Below the pieces are notes generated by a model, which was not told the origin of the DNA, did no database searches, and worked only from the letters and a program-made list of their open reading frames with translations. This document shows positions 56,996-64,000 of a DNA stretch of 64,000 nucleotides, piece by piece. The stretch covers positions 32,001 through 96,000 of the forward strand of contig CAVUVW010000005.1 in the NCBI GenBank assembly GCA_963745035.1, given 5' to 3'. Source of the stretch: an uncultured delta proteobacterium (lineage in GTDB: Bacteria; Desulfobacterota; Binatia; UBA9968). How positions within the stretch are numbered: the first letter of the stretch is position 1; each line of letters starts with the position of its first letter. A program made the translations under genes and the position numbers.

Positions 56996-58873
56996 ATGAG
57001 TGTTGAAAAAAAAGATGCCGCGCTTATCGGCAGCAATATTCGGAAATCGTTCCGTCGCGAGAGCGGCGGAACGGTGGCGGCGCTGGACGGCGTTTCGTTG
57101 ACAGTCGAGCACTGCGCGCTGACGGCGCTGGTGGGCCCGGACGGGGCGGGGAAGACCACTCTCATTCGTTTGGCGACGGGTCTCATGGAAGCCGACGGGG
57201 GGACGCTCGAAGTGTTGGGCGTCGATGTGAAGCTCGATCCGCAAAACGTGCAAAGCCGGATCGGATACATGCCGCAGCGCTTCGGTCTGTACGAGGATCT
57301 TTCGGTTCAGGAAAATCTCGATCTCTATGCTGATCTGCACGGCGTGACATTCGATGAGCGCCGCGAGCGTTATCCACGGCTCATGGAGATGACCGCACTG
57401 GGGCGGTTTACCGGCAGGCTCGCGGGCCGGCTGTCGGGAGGGATGAAACAGAAGCTTGGCCTGGCATGCACGCTGGTGCGCTCGCCGGAATTGCTATTGC
57501 TGGACGAGCCGACCGTCGGCGTCGATCCGTTATCGCGGCGCGAGTTGTGGGAAATTATTCTCCAACTCGTCAACGAGCGCGGCCTGACCGTGCTGGTCAG
57601 CACTTCCTATCTCGATGAAGCGGAGCGCTGCGGCCGGGTAATTGTGCTTCATGAAGGCCACGTCTTGGCGCAGGGGCGGCCGAGCGACGTGAGCGGCGTT
57701 GCCGAAGGACGCGCCTTTCTTGCCGAGCCGCGCGCGGGGCAGAAAGCCCGCGCGCTGCAGGCGCGATTGCTCGACGAGGCGGGGATCGTCGATGCCGTGC
57801 CGGAGGGCGGTAAGGTGCGGTTTGTTACGAAGGACAGACAAGGAGACAAGGAGACGGGGAGACAAGGAACTGGCGGACAAGGAGACAAAGAGAGAGGGAG
57901 ACAAGGAGTAACGATTGAAGCAGATCCAGATTCGCCTCTCGCCGGCACCGTCATCGTGCCTGCCGAGCCGCGATTTGAAGACGGCTTCATGGCGCTGTTG
58001 GAACGGACAAGGAGACGGGGAGACAAGGAGAGGGGAAGAGAAGGGGATAAGGAGAGAAGGAGACAAGGAGAAAATACGGAGCGCTCCGAGGCTCTGACGG
58101 TCGGGGATGCGGTGGTGGTCGTGCGCGATTTGGTTCGGAAGTTCGGCAGTTTCACCGCCGTCGATCACGTGAACTTCGAAGTTCAGCGCGGCGAGATTTT
58201 CGGTTTGCTTGGTCCCAACGGTGCGGGCAAAACTACGACGTTCCGCATGCTCTGCGGACTCTTGCCCGCGACGGGTGGAGTGCTCCGAGTGGCCGGCGTC
58301 GATTTGCGGCATGCGCGCGCTTCAGCGCGCCAGCGAATCGGCTACGTGGCGCAGAAATTTTCGCTCTACGGCCACCTCGGCGTGGGCGAGAATCTCGAAT
58401 TTTTCGCCAGCGCTTACAATCTGCGCGGCGCGCGAAAACAACAGCGAATCGAGTGGGCTCTGGAGCAGTTCGATCTGAGCGGGTTTGTCGACCTGCCGAG
58501 CGGTCATCTGCCCGGCGGATACAAGCAGCGGCTCGCCATGGCCGCGGCGTTGCTGCATCAGCCGGAGACTTTGTTTCTCGACGAGCCGACCAGCGGCGCC
58601 GACCCGCTGGCGCGGCGCGACTTCTGGCGCCGCATCGTCGCGCTCGCCGACGACGGCGTGACGGTGATCGTGACCACCCACTTCATGGAAGAAGCCGAAT
58701 ATTGCGACCGCATCGCGATTCTCGACGCCGGACGGGTGTTGGCTCAGGGTACTCCGGCCGAGATCCGCACCCGTGCCACTGATATCGGTCGTGAGCCGAC
58801 GATGGAAGACGCGTTCATCGCGATCGTCGAAGAGGCGCGCGAGTCGGCAGCAAACGGTGGAGCCGCAGCATGA
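56996..58873 (+). CDS. ABC ATPase with two NBDs (YbhF-like) carrying repeat-derived inserts
   Basis: GPDGAGKTT/LSGGM/DEPT and GPNGAGKTT/DEPT; two low-complexity GDKE/RQG inserts. Confidence 0.92.
   Translation: MSVEKKDAALIGSNIRKSFRRESGGTVAALDGVSLTVEHCALTALVGPDGAGKTTLIRLATGLMEADGGTLEVLGVDVKLDPQNVQSRIGYMPQRFGLYEDLSVQENLDLYADLHGVTFDERRERYPRLMEMTALGRFTGRLAGRLSGGMKQKLGLACTLVRSPELLLLDEPTVGVDPLSRRELWEIILQLVNERGLTVLVSTSYLDEAERCGRVIVLHEGHVLAQGRPSDVSGVAEGRAFLAEPRAGQKARALQARLLDEAGIVDAVPEGGKVRFVTKDRQGDKETGRQGTGGQGDKERGRQGVTIEADPDSPLAGTVIVPAEPRFEDGFMALLERTRRRGDKERGREGDKERRRQGENTERSEALTVGDAVVVVRDLVRKFGSFTAVDHVNFEVQRGEIFGLLGPNGAGKTTTFRMLCGLLPATGGVLRVAGVDLRHARASARQRIGYVAQKFSLYGHLGVGENLEFFASAYNLRGARKQQRIEWALEQFDLSGFVDLPSGHLPGGYKQRLAMAAALLHQPETLFLDEPTSGADPLARRDFWRRIVALADDGVTVIVTTHFMEEAEYCDRIAILDAGRVLAQGTPAEIRTRATDIGREPTMEDAFIAIVEEARESAANGGAAA
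57831..57908 (+). repeat. GGAGACAA 8-mer repeat inside the CDS (insert 1)
   Basis: gacagacaa ggagacaa ggagacgg ggagacaa ... ggagacaa agagagag ggagacaa ggag. Confidence 0.8.
58004..58071 (+). repeat. GGAGACAA 8-mer repeat inside the CDS (insert 2)
   Basis: ggacaa ggagacgg ggagacaa ggagaggg ... ggggataa ggagagaa ggagacaa ggag. Confidence 0.8.
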
Positions 58874-60015
58874 CAACCGAGCGGGCAATGGATCACGAGC
58901 GCGGTGCCGCGCGTCGGGTGGTTTCACTGGTAAAAAAAGAAGTGCGCCAAGTGGTGCGCGACCCGAGCAGCATCGCCATCGGCATCGTGCTGCCGGTCGT
59001 GCTGATTCTCTTGTTCGGCTACGGCATGTCGCTCGACGTGACCAATGTGCCGGTGGCGATCGTTCTCGAGGATTCGTCGCCGGCGTCGACGGAGCTGGCG
59101 GCAAGCTTCGAGCTTTCACGCTATTTCGAAGCGCAGAGAACGACATCCATGCCTCAGGCCGAGAAGCTGATGCTGGCGCGCAAGGTCGATGGCATCGTGC
59201 GCATCCGGCCCGACTTCAGCCGCCGGTTGAGCGCCGGCGAGGCCGAGGTGCAGATCCTGGTTCACGGCGTCGACGCCAATCGCGCGCGCATCATCCAAAG
59301 CTACGCGCAGGGCGCCGTCGGTACCTGGGCGGCGCGCCGGAGCGCTCAAGGAAAAGAAGTCACGACCGGTCCGGTACGCGTGCAGAATCGTCTTTGGTAC
59401 AACGAGGCGAACGAGAGCCGCTACTTTCTCGTGCCGGGCCTGATCGTGCTGGTGATGACCTTGATCGGCGCGCTGTTGACTTCGCTCGTGGTGGCGCGCG
59501 AGTGGGAGCGCGGCACCATCGAGGCGCTATTCGTCACTCCGGTACGGCCCGGCGAGATTCTGCTCGGAAAAACGATCCCGTATTTCGCGCTCGGCATGAT
59601 CGGCTTCGCGCTCTGCCTATTGGCCGCCAAATTTCTGTTTCACGTGCCGTTTCGCGGCTCGGTGCTGGTGTTGGCCGGAGTGTCGATGCTTTATCTGCTG
59701 GTGGCGTTGGCGCTCGGCCTGCTGATCTCGTCGGCGCTGAAAAGCCAATTCGTGGCGAGCCAGGTGACTTTGCTGGTGACCTTTCTTCCCGCGGTCATGC
59801 TTTCCGGTTTTCTGTTCGATCTGCGCAGCCTGCCGGCGGCCGTGCAACTTATCACTTTTCTCCTGCCGGCGCGCTACTACGTGACACTGTTGCAGACGAT
59901 TTTTCTCGTCGGCGACATCTGGCGGGTGATCCTGCCGAACGCCGCCGTGCTCGCCGCGATGATGACGGCGCTCTTGTGGCTGGCGCGCCGCGCGACAAAA
60001 AAGCAGTTGGCATGA
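58870..60015 (+). CDS. ABC-2 permease (YbhS-like)
   Basis: KEVRQVVRDP, LFGYG, VPGLI, AREWERGTIE. Confidence 0.92.
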   Translation: MTTERAMDHERGAARRVVSLVKKEVRQVVRDPSSIAIGIVLPVVLILLFGYGMSLDVTNVPVAIVLEDSSPASTELAASFELSRYFEAQRTTSMPQAEKLMLARKVDGIVRIRPDFSRRLSAGEAEVQILVHGVDANRARIIQSYAQGAVGTWAARRSAQGKEVTTGPVRVQNRLWYNEANESRYFLVPGLIVLVMTLIGALLTSLVVAREWERGTIEALFVTPVRPGEILLGKTIPYFALGMIGFALCLLAAKFLFHVPFRGSVLVLAGVSMLYLLVALALGLLISSALKSQFVASQVTLLVTFLPAVMLSGFLFDLRSLPAAVQLITFLLPARYYVTLLQTIFLVGDIWRVILPNAAVLAAMMTALLWLARRATKKQLA

Positions 60016-60022
60016 GGCGGCC

Positions 60023-61142
60023 GTGATCGAAACTTTCTTGCGCATCATCGCGCTCACGCGCAAAGAGCTCCTGGCGATTCTCAAAGATCCGCGCACGCGC
60101 TTGAGCCTCGTGCTGCCGCCGATCCTCCAGTGCCTCATTTACGGCTACGTGGCGACCTACGACTTGAACGACGTGGCCTACGCGGTGCTCGACAAGGACC
60201 GCAGCGCGGCATCGCGCGAGCTGCTCTCCGGCCTGGACGGCTCCGGGGTCTTCCGGCGCGTCGCCGATCTGCAGCGCGAGGACGACATCCGGCGCATGAT
60301 CGACGAGCAGCGCGTATTGCTGGTGATCCAGATCGAGCAGGACTTCGCGCGCCGTCTCATGTCCGGCGGACCAGCCGACGTGCAAATCATCGCCGACGGG
60401 CGCAACTCGAACACCGCCGGCACGGCGATGAGCTACGTGAATGAAATCGTCGAAGCGTTCAACGCTGACTGGCGCGCGGCGCATAACCAGGGCGATCCGC
60501 CGCTCCGGCTCATCACCCGTGCCTGGTACAACCCCAATCTGGAAACCCGCTGGCACATGATTCCGGCGCTGCTCGGCATGCTTACGCTTCTCGAGACGAT
60601 TCTCTTGACCGGACTGTCGGTGGCGCGCGAGCGCGAGCAGGGCACCTTCGATCAACTGCTGGTGACGCCGTTTCGTCCGGTGGAAATCATGATCGGCAAG
60701 GCGATGCCGCCCATGCTCGTCGGCATCGTCCAGGCGACGTTGGTGCTTCTGGTGGCGCAGCTGTGGTTCCGGATTCCGTTCGCCGGCTCGTTTGTCTACG
60801 CTTTACATCGGGCTGACCATTTTCTTGCTCGCCGCCAGCGGTATCGGTTTGCTGCTGTCGTCGGTGGCCGCAACCATGCAGCAGGCCATGCTCTATTCGT
60901 TCATGCTGATCATGCCTTTCGCACTGCTTTCCGGTTTTACTACGCCGATCACGAGCATGCCGGAGTTTCTGCAATACTTCACGTTGATCAACCCGCTGCG
61001 CTACGCCATCGAAATGGCCCATCGAGTGTATCTCGAAGGGGCGGGCCTGCCGCTGCTCTGGCCGGAGCTTTGGCCGCTCGGGCTGATTGCGGCGGTGACA
61101 CTCTCCTCGGCGGCGTGGATGTTTCGCCACCGGCTGGTTTAG
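60023..61142 (+). CDS. ABC-2 permease (YbhR-like; frameshift near 60800)
   Basis: KELLAILKDP, WYNPNL, AREREQGTFDQLLVTP; C-terminus LSGFTTPITSMP...NPLRY in the next frame. Confidence 0.92.
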
Positions 61143-61179
61143 ATGCGCGGTCGGATTTGCTAGATTGTCGGAGGTTAGA

Positions 61180-62634
61180 ATGGTTGCCGAAAGATTTAAG
61201 TCGATAGCGGTGAAGTTGGCTCTGCTGCCGCTCGTTCTCGCGACGGCGTGCAGCGTTGGTCCGGATTACAAAGAGCCGGCCCTCGCCGTGCCGGCGGAGT
61301 GGAATGAAGCGCAGCAAAAAGGCGTCGACACGCGCACAGCGGAGCTGGCGCGCTGGTGGACCGCTTTCGAAGACCCGCTGCTCAACTCGCTGATCGATCG
61401 CGCGGTGAAGTCGAATCTCGATCTCCGCGTCGCCGAGGCGCGCATCCGAGAGGCGCGCGCATCACGGGCCGCGGTCGCAGCCGGCGCCTGGCCCACCCTG
61501 GATACTTCCGGCTCTTACACGCGAAGCCGCAGCAGCGAGAATGCGTTCAACATTCCTTTGCAAGGCGGCACAGATGGCACGGGTCAGGGTATCAAGCTGG
61601 AGCGCAATCTGTTCAACGCCGGCTTCGATGCCGATTGGGAGCTCGACGTGTTCGGCGGCGTGCGCCGCAGCGTCGAAGCGGCGGACGCGACCATCGAAGC
61701 GACGGAATACAACCGGCGGGATATTCTCGTGTCGCTGCTGGGCGACGTTGCCAGGAATTATATCGACCTGCGCGGCGCGCAGCGCCGGCTCGCGGTCGCG
61801 CGCGCTAATCTCAAGACGCAGCTGGATTCGCTGGATCTGACGCGGGTGCGTTTCAGCGCCGGGCTGGCCAGTGACCTGGACGTGGCTCGCGCGGAAGCGC
61901 AGCTCAATGCGACCGCATCGCAGGTTCCGACTTTCGAAAGTCTTTTGAAGCAGGCGGCGTACAGTCTCGATTTGCTGTTGGGCCTCTCGCCCGGAGCGCT
62001 CTGGCAGGAGCTTGAAAAGGAGCTGGCGATCCCCAATCTACCGCCCGAAGTGCTCGTGGGATTACCTTCGGATCTGCTGCGCCGCCGTCCGGACATCCGC
62101 TTTGCCGAGCGGCAACTTGCCGCCGCCACGGCGCAGGTTGGTTCGGCGATCGCCGATCTATTTCCGAGGTTCTTTTTAACCGGCGCGGCGGGCCTGCAGA
62201 GCATCAGCGCCAGCGACTGGTTTTCGGGAGGAAGCCATTATTGGTCGATCGGGCCGACGATCCGCTGGCCGATCTTCGATGCGGGCAGAATCCGCGCCAA
62301 CATCGCGATTCGTAACGCGCAGCAGGAGCAAGCGTTGGGTCAATATGAAAAGGCGGTGCTCGCCGCGTTCGGTGACGTGGAGAAGTCGTTGGTCAACTAT
62401 TCGCGCGAGCAAATCCGTTATCGATCGCTCACCGAGGCAGTCGCGGCGAATCGCCGCGCTCTCGAATTGGCCAATGAGCTTTATGTCCGCGGCCTCAATG
62501 ATTACCTCAATGTCCTCGACACGCAGCGCGCGCTCTACCTAACCGAAAACGAGATGGCGCAAAGCGAGGCGACCATGGCCTCGAACCTGGTCGCGCTTTA
62601 CAAGGCGCTGGGCGGCGGCTGGGAGATGAATTGA
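61180..62634 (+). CDS. Outer-membrane efflux lipoprotein (NodT/OprM family)
   Basis: GGAGG SD; lipobox LATAC-SVGPDY, WELDVFG, LPSDLLRRRPDI, LYKALGGGW. Confidence 0.94.
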   Translation: MVAERFKSIAVKLALLPLVLATACSVGPDYKEPALAVPAEWNEAQQKGVDTRTAELARWWTAFEDPLLNSLIDRAVKSNLDLRVAEARIREARASRAAVAAGAWPTLDTSGSYTRSRSSENAFNIPLQGGTDGTGQGIKLERNLFNAGFDADWELDVFGGVRRSVEAADATIEATEYNRRDILVSLLGDVARNYIDLRGAQRRLAVARANLKTQLDSLDLTRVRFSAGLASDLDVARAEAQLNATASQVPTFESLLKQAAYSLDLLLGLSPGALWQELEKELAIPNLPPEVLVGLPSDLLRRRPDIRFAERQLAAATAQVGSAIADLFPRFFLTGAAGLQSISASDWFSGGSHYWSIGPTIRWPIFDAGRIRANIAIRNAQQEQALGQYEKAVLAAFGDVEKSLVNYSREQIRYRSLTEAVAANRRALELANELYVRGLNDYLNVLDTQRALYLTENEMAQSEATMASNLVALYKALGGGWEMN

Positions 62635-62739
62635 CGTGAAATCCGGCGCGCGGGTAATTCGTATTCATTGGGCTCGCGTGGAACTTAATGAAAAGCTCAA
62701 TGGAAGCTCCGGTCTCGCTCTGAAATCTCCGTAAGTATG

Positions 62740-62776
62740 CCCCTCCCTTTGGAAAAGAGGCGCAACGGGAGGTTTT
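62740..62776. repeat. Degenerate REP-like element (CCCCTCCCTTTGGAAAAGAGG...GGGAGGTTTT)
   Basis: CCTTT/AAAGAGG hairpin with CCTCCC/GGGAGG outer arms. Confidence 0.45.
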
Positions 62777-62809
62777 CCCAATGATCGCACGCAATAAGCG
62801 ACCGTCTAC

Positions 62810-62896
62810 ATGCTTCAAACACCGCGGCACTTATACGCCGGACTGATCGAGGTTATCGTCGGCGCTCTGATCGCGCTGGGTCTGTTCACGGTGTAG
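62810..62896 (+). pseudogene. Possible DoxX-family remnant (28 aa)
   Basis: AGLIEVIVGALIALGLFT resembles the DoxX core E...G..L..G..TR. Confidence 0.35.
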
Positions 62897-63198
62897 GCGT
62901 GAAGGTAGTTCGACGAAACAGAGCGGGACCGACCGATCCGTCAAATAAGCCTAAGCCTCCGGACCTTACCATGATAATTCTTTTCAACATTGTCCACTAT
63001 TAGACACTAATCCCTGCCGTGGATGGTTACCTTACGTGTAAAGGCGAGAGCTGTAATGGCGCGCAAGAGGTAGAAGGCCCGTCGAGACGACCGCGTTGGC
63101 ATGGATTTCCGTTGTGGTTCGGCAACGAACGTATTTCCGGTTCAGACCCTCCCTCTTCCAATATCCAAAGGCTCATCACGAGCCTGAAAAGGAGAGTT

Positions 63199-63756
63199 AT
63201 GAATCCACTATTGATAATCGCTGTTCCTCTAGGGTTGGTGATCCTGGGCATGATACTGAACAGCTGGGATCTCGGTTTCAATCAACCGCCGAGTTCCACG
63301 GAGCAAGACGCAGTCAAGAAACTGACCACGGAAAAGGAGTCCTACCGTAAATTCTTTGATCAACAGAGAAGCCGGTCGGTAAAGCGCCAGAAACGGGTTG
63401 GCCAGTATGGCTGGTTGGTGATGGCCTCCTTCATCGGCGCCTTCATCTGGCTTTATTCGGATACCGTGAGCAAGACGAGCCTTTCGAATCGAATTGCCGG
63501 GCTTCAGACATTGGCTACCGAAGAAGGCAAGCAGATGGTTCTGTCGGTGACTCTAAGCGACGGAAACAACGTCAAATACCTGATCAAGCTGCCCCAGGCC
63601 GATAAGTTGCAGGCCACCGCGAAAGAAGCCCCTGCCAACGAAAAGATCTCATCCTGGGAGATCGAGAGATTAGGCACGGCTCTAAGCACCGGCGATAATC
63701 CATTGCCGCTTGGCGTCGCGCTGAAGATGTCTCAATTCGCCGTCAATCCCAGTTAG
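63199..63756 (+). CDS. Hypothetical two-TM membrane protein
   Basis: AAGGAG SD; hydrophobic N-terminus, basic linker, second TM, soluble C-terminal domain. Confidence 0.7.
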   Translation: MNPLLIIAVPLGLVILGMILNSWDLGFNQPPSSTEQDAVKKLTTEKESYRKFFDQQRSRSVKRQKRVGQYGWLVMASFIGAFIWLYSDTVSKTSLSNRIAGLQTLATEEGKQMVLSVTLSDGNNVKYLIKLPQADKLQATAKEAPANEKISSWEIERLGTALSTGDNPLPLGVALKMSQFAVNPS

Positions 63757-63785
63757 ACGCGAGATTTCAGGAAGCCAAATCAGAG

Positions 63786-63822
63786 CTGAGGCGCCTGATC
63801 GGCGCCTCAGTAAATTCTTTTT
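63786..63822 (+). terminator. Terminator-like hairpin
   Basis: CTGAGGCGCC/GGCGCCTCAG 10-bp stem followed by an AT/T-rich tail. Confidence 0.6.
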
Positions 63823-64000
63823 CGACAGGGTCCACTATTATACGGCAAACTCAGCCGGCTATGATGACGTTGAAGCAACAAGGCGAGAACGAATCTGTCT
63901 TTTGCTTAGGACAAAAACGCCGGACAATTTAATCGCGATGTCTTCGCATGGGCGATCCGGCGTCAAACGCTGGGTGTTCGGGAGTGTCTCGACCGCTGTG

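Noticed and set aside
57370-57378. Second DnaA-box-like TTATCCACG
   Set aside because: Mismatched, and deep inside a CDS
63752-63810. Integron attC site (GTTAGAC near the gene end)
   Set aside because: No matching RYYYAAC...GTTRRRY pair in the right order, and no integrase
63844-63877. c-di-GMP-I riboswitch (GGCAAAC...GACG)
   Set aside because: No GNRA-capped stem and no GCAAAGC/second-hairpin consensus

Overview
64 kb of a GC-rich bacterial chromosome. Gene content, synteny and lineage-typical hypothetical proteins suggest a deltaproteobacteria-like organism, possibly Ca. Binatia (inference only). About 1-33 kb is mostly housekeeping: comM, guaBA, dnaE, hflX, pgsA-like, tRNA-Val, thrS-infC-rpmI-rplT-pheST-ihfA-merR-tRNA-Pro, pcm-nlpD, apt, orphan nuoI, thiC, purC, pilT/pilU. 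The rest is metabolic and accessory: frdABCD, udgB, a FAD/Fe-S oxidoreductase, DUF2235, a NitT/TauT ABC transporter, a heme-oxygenase-like diiron protein, RND and YbhGFSR-type efflux clusters. Many essential genes carry 1-bp indels, so frameshifts are treated as long-read errors. The best hidden signals, all missed or truncated by the ORF track, are: (1) an ArsC/Spx-family protein with an in-frame TGA in a UxxC motif and a SECIS-like hairpin (candidate selenoprotein), directly behind a UbiD homolog with altered catalytic residues; (2) a terminator/alternative-structure leader upstream of guaBA; (3) a sigma54-type promoter driving a 25-aa membrane peptide; (4) GGAGACAA short repeats inserted in frame into an ABC ATPase; (5) a tandem pair of internally duplicated unknown proteins after pilTU. 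No CRISPR, rRNA, integrase or transposase was seen. Coordinates were counted by eye and may be off by a few bases.
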